A stretch of DNA of 44,122 nt, taken from NCBI GenBank assembly GCA_964503115.1, contig CAZDAF010000001.1:1-44122 (forward strand), in the 5' to 3' direction. The position numbers were made by a program, and so were the translations under genes. Below, in pieces: positions 8,595 through 16,502 of the stretch (its first letter is position 1; each line of letters begins with the position of its first letter). The stretch comes from an uncultured bacterium. Lineage in GTDB: Bacteria; RBG-13-61-14; CAYWKU01. The notes under the pieces were generated by a model, which saw only the letters and a list, made by a program, of their open reading frames with translations, was not told where the DNA came from and searched no databases.

Positions 8595-9734
8595 ATGGGG
8601 CCGGGGAGTAAAAATCGTTACGAAGTAATCATTGTGGGCTGCGGTATTGCCGGGGCTTCGTTGGCATATTTCCTTACCGAACGGGGCGTGACCGATGTGC
8701 TTATTTTGGAGCGCGAGGAGCAGCCGGGGTATCACGCTACAGGCCGCAGCGCCGCCGTTTTGGTCGAGCTTGACCCGATCTTTTCAATTTTTCAGTTGAA
8801 AGCGTTAAGTGCGGCTTTTTTGCGCGATCCACCCGACGGTTTTTCCGAATACCCGCTACTCGATCGTTCGGGCATACTGGTGATGTTCCGGAAACCGATT
8901 TGGAACGCTATTAAAGAATTATCGAAGACCTGGGAGCAGGCGGGAGTCAGCCTGCAACTGCTTTCGCCATCAGAGGTGCTGGATCGTATCCCGGTCGTCT
9001 CTCCCGATCATTTCGACGGCGGCGTGTGGCTTCCCGAAGACGGCCATATAGACGTTCACGAGCTTTTGTCCGGTTACCTTCGCCATGCCCGGCGCCGTGG
9101 CGCCGAGTTGCGCTGTAACGTCGAGGTTCGGGGAATACGCGTCGAGCGCGGCAGGTGCTCCGGAGTCGTCACAAACGCCGGAGAATTCCAATCTCGATGG
9201 GTGGTTGACTCAGCGGGCGCCTGGGCGGGTAAAATCGCAAAGCTCGCAGGCGCCGCGCCCATCGAGATTACTCCCAAGCGCCGCACGATTATCACCTTTG
9301 CCGGGCCGGTTGACATCGATACGAGCACATGGCCTCTGGTGGCGAACCTTTCGCATGAACTCTATTTCTCGCCGGAGTCCGGCGGCATTTATGCAAGCCC
9401 GATGGACGAAGACCCGATGGAACCTTGCGACGCTCATCCTGACGAATTGGTTGTCGCAATGACAATCGACCGCATTGAAAAACTCGCCCCTCGCCTTGCT
9501 CCGAAATCCATACGCCGCAAATGGGCCGGCCTGCGGACGTTCGCCCCGGATCAGGCATTCGTCGTGGGCGAGGATCCGCTGGTCAAAGGCTTCTTCTGGC
9601 TGGCGGGCCAGGGCGGTTCCGGCATCGAAACCAGCCCCATCGTCGGGCAAATCGCCGCCGACCTGATTATCGACGGCCGTACGGATAAAATCGATTCGAG
9701 TATCCTGTCCCCGATGCGGTTCGAGAGCCGGTGA
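8595..9734 (+). CDS. FAD-dependent oxidoreductase (DAO / glycine-sarcosine oxidase-like family)
   Basis: Contains the VIIVGCGIAGASLAYFL dinucleotide motif, then HATGRSA and GQGGSGI near the C-terminus. The start is uncertain: the track gives a TTG at 8484, and I prefer the ATG at 8595 (MGPGSKNRYEVIIVG) by family N-terminus length. Confidence 0.8.
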   Translation: MGPGSKNRYEVIIVGCGIAGASLAYFLTERGVTDVLILEREEQPGYHATGRSAAVLVELDPIFSIFQLKALSAAFLRDPPDGFSEYPLLDRSGILVMFRKPIWNAIKELSKTWEQAGVSLQLLSPSEVLDRIPVVSPDHFDGGVWLPEDGHIDVHELLSGYLRHARRRGAELRCNVEVRGIRVERGRCSGVVTNAGEFQSRWVVDSAGAWAGKIAKLAGAAPIEITPKRRTIITFAGPVDIDTSTWPLVANLSHELYFSPESGGIYASPMDEDPMEPCDAHPDELVVAMTIDRIEKLAPRLAPKSIRRKWAGLRTFAPDQAFVVGEDPLVKGFFWLAGQGGSGIETSPIVGQIAADLIIDGRTDKIDSSILSPMRFESR

Positions 9735-9768
9735 TGGCGGGGGCCTGATTGGGGAGAAAAAATAGTTT

Positions 9769-10527
9769 TTATTTTCGCACCCGGTGCGGTTCAAACAAGC
9801 GGCTTTTGAAGATGCCCCGGCTGTGAAGCAGGTAAGTTAACACAACCCTGAGCACTCCCAGACCGTACTTGACGCTCGTTAGAAAACTGACGCTCGATGA
9901 ATCTTCGGCGTATCGAGTTCGAACGGGTATTTCCTTGAAACGCAGCCCCGCATCGAGGCATTGCACGATAATTTCGTTGTCGAAAACAAAATCGTTCGAG
10001 TTGGATTTATAGTTGACGCTTTCGAGCGCACGGCTGCTGAAGGCTCGGTATCCCGTGTGGAACTCGCTGAACGAAGTGCCGAGCGCCTTGTTTTCGATCC
10101 ATGTGAGGGTTTTGTTGAATATATACTTGTAAGCGGGCATCCCGCCCGCAATCGGATCGCCGAGCATACGGCTGGCAAGCACCACGTCCGCCTCGCCGCC
10201 CCGGATGGGTTCGACCAGGTCGGGTATTATGCGCGGGTCGTACTGGTAATCGGGATGAAGCATCACGACGATCTCGGCGCCCATCGCCAGCGCGTGGGTG
10301 TAGCATGTTTTCTGGTTGGCGCCGTAGCCGAGGTTTTTGGGGTGCTCGATGACCTCGAGATTCAAATCGCGGGCGACGTCGGCGGTATCGTCGCTCGAAG
10401 CGTCATCCACCAGCAGAACGGCGTCGCAGCTTCCTTCCGGTATGGCGTGGCATGTCTTGGCGAGCGTTTGCGCCGCGTTATAAGCGGGCATGACCACCAC
10501 TACTTTCGGACTTGTTTCTTCGACCAT
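9769..10527 (-). CDS. GT2-family glycosyltransferase, polyprenyl-phosphate sugar synthase (DPM1/ArnC)-like, soluble form
   Basis: Contains VVVMPAYNAAQTL, LLVDDASSDDT and the HPDYQYDP (DxD-like) region. It is 252 aa with no C-terminal TM helices. Confidence 0.85.
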   Translation of the reverse strand: MVEETSPKVVVVMPAYNAAQTLAKTCHAIPEGSCDAVLLVDDASSDDTADVARDLNLEVIEHPKNLGYGANQKTCYTHALAMGAEIVVMLHPDYQYDPRIIPDLVEPIRGGEADVVLASRMLGDPIAGGMPAYKYIFNKTLTWIENKALGTSFSEFHTGYRAFSSRALESVNYKSNSNDFVFDNEIIVQCLDAGLRFKEIPVRTRYAEDSSSVSFLTSVKYGLGVLRVVLTYLLHSRGIFKSRLFEPHRVRK

Positions 10528-10602
10528 TTTTCGCTCGAACTCAGAGGCAATCTATCAGAAAATTGAATAAAGAGCAAGGGGAGAGGGCACGGTGAAATAC
10601 CG

Positions 10603-11496
10603 CTATTTTCCCACATGCTTGGTAATAAATGTATTCAAACCGTTGGTATACTGCTTTCCCGACGTTATAAAGCCGTCATTATGCATACCTGAAATTTCTA
10701 GAAATGCCTTTGGTTCATTTGCTGAATCGAACAGGCGGCGCCCATGGCTATATGGCACTATTTCGTCATCCCGGCTATGAATAATCAATATCGGACATTT
10801 CACTTGCCGAACATACTCGACGGTATTGTAGTTATAGCGCGCAATCAGCTTTACCGGAAGGTATGGGAAATGTTTGGCGCCAATATCCCGAAAAGAGGTG
10901 AATGCGGATTCAACAATAAGTGCTTTGGGGTTGTGTCCTTTTGCAAGCCACGAGCCGATAGCTCCCCCGAGAGACCGCCCAAGAACAATAATCTCGTCCG
11001 GTGATACCTTTTGGTTTCGCACAAGATATCGCCATGCCGCTTCCGCGGCGAGATATGTCCCCTGCTCCGTTGTCTTTCCCTCACTTTGGCCATATCCGGG
11101 ATAATCGAAAATAAAAGTACCGAGGCCAAGTCGTTGAAATACCTGAACAGAATCCAGATAATATGATATATTTGCCATATTGCTGTGGCAAAACAATATC
11201 ACTCCCTTGGGTTTTTCAGAGGGAATCAACCATCCGTTAAGCTTAACTCCATCCCCCATTTCAAAATGTACGTCTTCATAAGAAAGACCAACGTGGTCAG
11301 GCGTATTGATAATTTCACTTACCGGCCTATAGATATAAACAGATTGGAAGAAAAAGAGAAAAATCATGAGGCCCACATAGACTCCTGCCATAATCCGGAT
11401 AGCCGAAAAGAGTAGACGCCTGTGTTTTTTACGAACTTCTTTCAAACCATTTTTCTTATAAAGGATAATCGCAACGATGCACGACCGTCTTGACAA
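10603..11496 (-). CDS. Membrane-anchored alpha/beta hydrolase (BEM46/ABHD13-like serine hydrolase)
   Basis: An N-terminal TM helix (GVYVGLMIFLFFF), then ILFCHSN, the GRSLGG nucleophile elbow and the IHSRDDEIVP/H catalytic region. The start is either the TTG at 11496 or the ATG at 11391. Confidence 0.8.
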   Translation of the reverse strand: MSRRSCIVAIILYKKNGLKEVRKKHRRLLFSAIRIMAGVYVGLMIFLFFFQSVYIYRPVSEIINTPDHVGLSYEDVHFEMGDGVKLNGWLIPSEKPKGVILFCHSNMANISYYLDSVQVFQRLGLGTFIFDYPGYGQSEGKTTEQGTYLAAEAAWRYLVRNQKVSPDEIIVLGRSLGGAIGSWLAKGHNPKALIVESAFTSFRDIGAKHFPYLPVKLIARYNYNTVEYVRQVKCPILIIHSRDDEIVPYSHGRRLFDSANEPKAFLEISGMHNDGFITSGKQYTNGLNTFITKHVGK

Positions 11497-11512
11497 TGGC
11501 AGTCTGTATAAT
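11490..11512 (+). promoter_or_regulatory. Possible promoter elements upstream of tRNA-Met (TTGACA and TATAAT, non-canonical spacing)
   Basis: TTGACA at 11490-11495 and a perfect TATAAT at 11507-11512. They are only 11 nt apart, so the two cannot form one sigma70 pair. The -10 element alone would place the transcription start about 35 nt before the tRNA. Confidence 0.25.
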
Positions 11513-11553
11513 TACCTTGAAAACATAGGTCGCAAAGACCTTTAATTGTTTTA

Positions 11554-11627
11554 GGCGGTGTAGCTCAGGTGGTTAGAGCATACGGCTCATATCCGTAGTG
11601 TCGTGGGTTCGACTCCCTCCACCGCCA
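11554..11627 (+). tRNA. tRNA with CAT anticodon (elongator tRNA-Met; lysidine-modified tRNA-Ile2 not excluded)
   Basis: It folds by eye into a cloverleaf. The acceptor stem is GGCGGTG/CACCGCC, the D arm is GCTC..GAGC, the anticodon stem is TACGG/CCGTA with loop CTCATAT, and the T arm is GTGGG TTCGACT CCCTC. Positions 1 and 72 are paired, so it is not an initiator tRNA. Confidence 0.85.
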
Positions 11628-11630
11628 TAG

Positions 11631-11659
11631 GCGGCGCAAATTACAAGCGCCGCTTTTTT
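11631..11659 (+). terminator. Rho-independent terminator after tRNA-Met
   Basis: A 7-bp GC stem GCGGCGC/GCGCCGC (11631-37 and 11647-53), a 9-nt loop, then TTTTTT (11654-59). The hairpin also abuts the stop codon of the convergent FGE-like gene. Confidence 0.6.
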
Positions 11660-12546
11660 CATTTAGTATCGGCCACGCACCTGAACCCGCCGCTATCGTC
11701 GGCTTGAAAGGTTCTTCTATATCCTCTCCGCCATGTAGTGGCCGCTTCCCGGCCCAAGGCCCAAGAGCCGCCTCGGACGGTATATGCATGCCACTCGGGG
11801 CGTAAATCTTCAGGAATGGACTTGTAAGATTCCGGGCCTTTGGGGTTGCGTTTGGGAGAGCGGGGGTAGTAATACGGCCAGTATATGTCCCACGTCCATT
11901 CGTATACGTTACCTGCCATATCGTAAACGCCGTAGGGGCTTTTATCCTCGGGAAAACTGCCCACCGGAGCGGTTCGGGCATATCCGTCCGATGCGTCCTC
12001 CCACGGAGATTTAGCAAGTCCGTGATTGGTTTTTTTCGGATCCCACTTGTTCCCCCATGGGTATTTCCTGCCGTCTTTACCGCGCGCGGCCTTCTCCCAT
12101 TCGGCTTCAGTCGGCAATCGCTTGCCCATCGTCCTGCAATAACGCTTTGCCATTCCGCGCCTTACGCAAACTACCGGGTGATCGGCCAACTCCAACGGGT
12201 ATTCGTGGTTCTCATTCCAAATCTTGGGAGGGGAGACGCCTCTCTCAACCTTCTGGCAGTTTGGGCCCAAAGGAGTTTTCTTTCCTCGAAGATGGTCACG
12301 TAAATCAATGAAGTTCTTGTAATCCGCATTGGTCACTTCATATTTATCTATTGCGTAAGCATCAAGGTACACGCGGTGTGGAGGTTGATGCGAAAAGTGT
12401 CCCTCTTTGCTTCCCATTGTGAACCATCCGGCGGGAATAAGCACCATATTGTCCGGGATTTCATTGACCGCATCGATGGATTCATAGGGAAGAATCGCCA
12501 GTACCAACGCGGCTAATACCAATTTACTTACATTACCTTTCATCAT
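11659..12546 (-). CDS. Secreted formylglycine-generating-enzyme (SUMF1/EgtB/PvdO) family protein
   Basis: Signal peptide MMKGNVSKLVLAALVLAILPYESIDA. Motifs MVLIPAGWFTMGS, HRVYLDAYAIDKYEVTN, GNVYEWTWD and VRGGSW. GGAGGAGG lies 2 nt before the ATG at 12546 (about 5 nt from its first GGAGG), so the track start at 12591 is probably too early. Confidence 0.85.
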   Translation of the reverse strand: MMKGNVSKLVLAALVLAILPYESIDAVNEIPDNMVLIPAGWFTMGSKEGHFSHQPPHRVYLDAYAIDKYEVTNADYKNFIDLRDHLRGKKTPLGPNCQKVERGVSPPKIWNENHEYPLELADHPVVCVRRGMAKRYCRTMGKRLPTEAEWEKAARGKDGRKYPWGNKWDPKKTNHGLAKSPWEDASDGYARTAPVGSFPEDKSPYGVYDMAGNVYEWTWDIYWPYYYPRSPKRNPKGPESYKSIPEDLRPEWHAYTVRGGSWALGREAATTWRRGYRRTFQADDSGGFRCVADTK

Positions 12547-12606
12547 GTCCTCCTCCCGTTTCAGCGTATCATATTTCCGCTTTACATTCAAATCCCTTCC
12601 TCGGGA

Positions 12607-13830
12607 TTAAAGTATTCTCTTAAGAAAATCGTTATATTTTTCCCCCACCTGCGACCACAGACAACCCGCCTCGACGAACTCCCGGGCGCGCATGCCCAGC
12701 TCTCTTCGCTCGTCGGAGTTGTTTACGGCCCAGCGCATGACTTCAAGTATGTCATCCACCTCCGACGGCCCGCAACTTATTTTTTTTACCACCTCGTCGG
12801 GGAACTCGCTGAAAGTTTCCGCATCCGTCACCACGCATGCGCGGCCCGCAGCCAATATCTGCATAAGGGACTGTGAACTCGATCCATAAACGGGTTTGCG
12901 AAGATTCAGGCACAAATCGGCACTGAATAAATATAGCCGGATTTTTTCCATAAGCACGAAGGACGCATCAATTAGAACTCGATCCCCTAGATTCCTTTGC
13001 GCCACCGCACGGTCTATATCCAGGTCGGGGCTGCGAGGGCCGACGAGCAACAGCATTGCGTCGGGCGCCTCTGTCACGAACCGGGCCCATGCGTCGAGAA
13101 TAGGCTCGATCCGTTTGTGCCGTTGGATGTAACCGAAAACGAGCGCGACGAAGGTATGCGGTTTGACGCCCTTTTCGTTCAGGCCGAGCGATTCGCGTGC
13201 CGCATCGGCGGGCATTTGGGCCGGAGCGGGTTGCACTGCAAGAGGCACCGTCATTATCGGGCACTCTGCGCCCGCGCGACGCACGGCGTCGGCCACCCAT
13301 CGGCTGTGAGTGATTATGCCCCGAGCGCAGCGCACCACTCGCCTTAAAAATGTAAAATAGTTCCGTTTAGACTCTTCGTCGAGATAAAGATTGTGAAGTA
13401 TACGCTGCGAAAATTTTCCACCGCCTTCCTTCAACGGGGCCATCATGCGCCTGACACCGTCCGCCCCTTCGTTCCGCAGAAAATCCGCCCAGAATTTCGC
13501 TCTCGATTTCCCCTCCCAGTACGAGATTACCATATCGTACAGCGTCGAGTCGTGAAGTGTTATCACTCCTCCGTGCCGGAGTATGTCCGGGTACATGTAG
13601 GCGTGCATCGGGCCGTTGGATGCCTGAAAAAGCGCGATATCCTCTTCGCCGCGAAACAGCTCGCGGTTTCTTACTTCGCCCAGGTCTTCGACAGCTTCCG
13701 GGCGATAGTCGCCATCTATGTAAAAGACGATTTTCCAGTTATCGGCCAATTGCCGGGCAAGATTGTCTGCATAATGCGCCACACCGCTCGGTAGAGGACT
13801 CAACGGGCTGAAAAACGCCAGTGTCTTCAT
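12607..13830 (-). CDS. GT4-family (GT-B fold) glycosyltransferase
   Basis: The N-terminus MKTLAFFSPLSPLPSGVAHY is typical of GT4 donors. The C-terminal half has a GT1/GT4-like nucleotide-sugar binding region (SSSQSLMQILAAGRACVVTD). Its ATG overlaps the upstream stop (ATGA at 13827-13830). Confidence 0.75.
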   Translation of the reverse strand: MKTLAFFSPLSPLPSGVAHYADNLARQLADNWKIVFYIDGDYRPEAVEDLGEVRNRELFRGEEDIALFQASNGPMHAYMYPDILRHGGVITLHDSTLYDMVISYWEGKSRAKFWADFLRNEGADGVRRMMAPLKEGGGKFSQRILHNLYLDEESKRNYFTFLRRVVRCARGIITHSRWVADAVRRAGAECPIMTVPLAVQPAPAQMPADAARESLGLNEKGVKPHTFVALVFGYIQRHKRIEPILDAWARFVTEAPDAMLLLVGPRSPDLDIDRAVAQRNLGDRVLIDASFVLMEKIRLYLFSADLCLNLRKPVYGSSSQSLMQILAAGRACVVTDAETFSEFPDEVVKKISCGPSEVDDILEVMRWAVNNSDERRELGMRAREFVEAGCLWSQVGEKYNDFLKRIL

Positions 13831-16502
13831 CGGCCCGCCGATTCGGTGTAGATTTGCAGCAGCTTCTCGATGTGGAAGCCCTTGGCGTACCGTTCCATAG
13901 CATGCTGCCGGTGGTTTAATCCCATGGTTTTTCTCAGAGCGGGGTCTTTCGCCAGCCTGTCGATTCTTATGGCCATAGCGCGTGTGCGGCCTCGAGGAAC
14001 CAGATCGCCCCCTTCACCGTCGACGAGCCATTCGCCGACCGCGCCGACGTCAAACGCCACCACGGGCCTCGCGTGCGCCGCCGCCTCGACGCCGACGTAT
14101 CCAAACGGCTCCGGCCAGATACTGGTAAAAACCACCGCATGGCACTTACGGTACTCGAGCTCCATCCGTCGAGGAGTAAGTTGTCCTGCGAATTCGAGCC
14201 GGTCAATCAATTCGAGTTCCACCGCTTTGCGTCTCACAAAATCTTCGGCCGGGCCGGTACCCGCCATCACGGCGGTCCATTCGGATTTGAGGTGATACAG
14301 TGCTTCGAGAAACAAGTCAGGCCCCTTGTCCGGCACCACCATTCGCCCCGCCCACAGTATCCGCAAGGGAATTTCATCGTCCGGCTCGTTGAAATCTTCT
14401 GGAAACTCGACGTAAAGGGGCAAAACATCGACACTGCCGGCATCGATTCCGTTAGCGATAAGCTCCGAAGCCATAAACCGGGTGGTGGTGATAATCCGGG
14501 GCATTTTGCGCGCCGCATCGATCCCGTCGAGCACGTGGCCGAGCCGCGACATTAAAAGCAGAGGCCGCCTGCCAAGCACCATACAGCCTCCATCGAGCAA
14601 CTTGTCTATACATGCCCACCCGGCGGGCAACGAGCAGACGCGGCCGCATGTCCACATGCGATTCATCGATGGGCAGGTCAGGTTGTGATCGTGGACGGTT
14701 CTTATAGTGGGCGCCAGTTCTGCGCAGATATCCATTATCCGAGCGGGCCCGACGTTGTGGATATGTATCAGGTCGGGCTTGAAATCTCGCGCGGCGGCTT
14801 TGATGTCTCGCCGCATATCGCTAACAGGAACGGGATCCCATAACCCGCGAACGCGATACCGCTCGAAATCCATGCCTTCCCAATCGCCGGCCTCATCAAA
14901 CGCCCACGCCACCTTGACGTTGCGACCTGCAAGTTCGTCCGAAATGTCCCGTATATATCGCTCCGTCCCGCCCGCTGCGCCTCCGTGATCGTTGACCATC
15001 AGGATGCGCATGCTTTCAGCGGATTTTGCTTTAGCTTGCGGTTTTAAAGCAGGCGACGACGCCGGTAACCTTCGCCTCGCTTCGTGCGCCGCAGTTTTCG
15101 CTAACGTCACCGGCACTGCCAGGAGAGTCCGGGCATCGCGAGCCACATCGCGCAGCCATCCTTTCCGGTCGTGTTGCAGACGCAGCAATCTTATAGCCCT
15201 GCGCCGCCGGGATTCGCTTATATCGGGAGCAAGAAGCAGGTGGTATAAACCCTGCCTGACGTGCACCGTACGGTATGCTTTTACCATGTCGCTTGCGGAA
15301 TATCCTTCGAGCTCGAAAATCGGTTTCGGGCTCGTCCCGAAATGCCGCGTGGTGCGCCAATCGTCGAGAAAGCGGCCTTCCTTTTGTATTACGTCCCATA
15401 CCTTTGTGCCGGGATAAGGCGCCAGGATGTTGAAATGCGCCCAGTCGAGACCGAGAGTTTTTGCATAGTCGAGGCTCGCCACCGTGCCTTCGTAAGTGTC
15501 GCCCGGCAGGCCGATGATAAAGTAACCTCCGACCCGCAGCCCAATCTCCTTCGATATATGTACGGCACGCTCGATATCGGCGAGCTTTTCGCCTTTTCTC
15601 AATGAAGTGAAAATCTCCGGGTTCCCCGTTTCCACGCCGAATATCACCGTATGACACCCTGCCACCGCCATTGCTTCCAACAAATCGGGCGTCACGCGGT
15701 CGGCACGGATGCCGTTCGGGCAACTCCATCGCATGCCCAGCTTCCGGTCGATTATAAGCCTGCAAATTTCTCCGGCGCGCTCCACGTTGTGAGTAAAAGT
15801 GTCATCGAGTACATCGAACTCCGGGAATCCCCACTTGTCCCTGGCGCGCTCGAGTTCGTCCACGACACTTGAAGGGGATCGGTATCGCCACTTGCGCCCA
15901 CTGACTTTGCCTACCGAGCAATAAATGCATCCATGCGGGCAGCCACGGCTCGTGACAAGGGGGTAATGATGATCGAGCAGTTTGCTGCCGACGAACCGGT
16001 CAAAGCTCGGAAAGGGAAGATCATCGAGGGCCATGGGTAATTCCGCCGGAATGCAACGCGTTCCACCCGCCGAGCGGAATATCAGGCCGTTTATTTCCGG
16101 AAAATCTCCCTTACCGTCCCATTTTGCCGGCAATTCCGGCAAGCTCACTTCCGCGTCTCCGGCGATGGCGGCATCAATTTGAGGCACTTGCGCCAACAAC
16201 TCCTCGCCATAGAGCGTCACGTGCGGCCCGCCCGCAATTATGGGCGTGTGTTCAAATGCGGACTTAAGAACTTTCGATACATGGACGGAGGAGGTATAAG
16301 TGGCCGTTTTTATGCTTAACCCGAAGTATTCCGGCCGGTGCCGCTCGGCGATGCGCAGCAGGTTTGCGTCGCTCGGGTCGCCGTTGACCATATCGAGCAC
16401 AAGGTGGTCTATACCTGCCGCTTCGAGCGCGCCCGATAAATACGCGAGTCCCGCGTTTATGCCCGCCTGCTCGCCGGGGGGGTCTATGAGCAATATTCTC
16501 AC
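13827..16502 (-). CDS. Fusion protein: B12-binding-domain radical SAM enzyme (aa 1 to about 480) plus GT4 glycosyltransferase (aa 498-891)
   Basis: The N-terminus MRILLIDPP...IAGGPHVT is a cobalamin-binding Rossmann-like domain, and TSRGCPHGCIYCSV is the CxxxCxxC radical SAM cluster motif. An A/K/P/S-rich linker follows. MRILMVNDHGGAAGGTERY at aa 498 looks like a native GT4 N-terminus. SIWPEPFGYVGVEAAAHARPVVAFDVGAVGEWL is the GT4 EX7E region. It has a GTG start overlapping the upstream stop (GTGA). Confidence 0.85.
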   Translation of the reverse strand: MRILLIDPPGEQAGINAGLAYLSGALEAAGIDHLVLDMVNGDPSDANLLRIAERHRPEYFGLSIKTATYTSSVHVSKVLKSAFEHTPIIAGGPHVTLYGEELLAQVPQIDAAIAGDAEVSLPELPAKWDGKGDFPEINGLIFRSAGGTRCIPAELPMALDDLPFPSFDRFVGSKLLDHHYPLVTSRGCPHGCIYCSVGKVSGRKWRYRSPSSVVDELERARDKWGFPEFDVLDDTFTHNVERAGEICRLIIDRKLGMRWSCPNGIRADRVTPDLLEAMAVAGCHTVIFGVETGNPEIFTSLRKGEKLADIERAVHISKEIGLRVGGYFIIGLPGDTYEGTVASLDYAKTLGLDWAHFNILAPYPGTKVWDVIQKEGRFLDDWRTTRHFGTSPKPIFELEGYSASDMVKAYRTVHVRQGLYHLLLAPDISESRRRRAIRLLRLQHDRKGWLRDVARDARTLLAVPVTLAKTAAHEARRRLPASSPALKPQAKAKSAESMRILMVNDHGGAAGGTERYIRDISDELAGRNVKVAWAFDEAGDWEGMDFERYRVRGLWDPVPVSDMRRDIKAAARDFKPDLIHIHNVGPARIMDICAELAPTIRTVHDHNLTCPSMNRMWTCGRVCSLPAGWACIDKLLDGGCMVLGRRPLLLMSRLGHVLDGIDAARKMPRIITTTRFMASELIANGIDAGSVDVLPLYVEFPEDFNEPDDEIPLRILWAGRMVVPDKGPDLFLEALYHLKSEWTAVMAGTGPAEDFVRRKAVELELIDRLEFAGQLTPRRMELEYRKCHAVVFTSIWPEPFGYVGVEAAAHARPVVAFDVGAVGEWLVDGEGGDLVPRGRTRAMAIRIDRLAKDPALRKTMGLNHRQHAMERYAKGFHIEKLLQIYTESAGR

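Noticed and set aside
15011-15013. The internal ATG (aa 498) of the rSAM::GT4 ORF as an independent start for a separate GT4 gene.
   Set aside because: There is no stop codon upstream in frame and no Shine-Dalgarno-like sequence within 15 nt. It cannot be excluded as an additional internal initiation site, so it is mentioned in the fusion finding rather than annotated separately.
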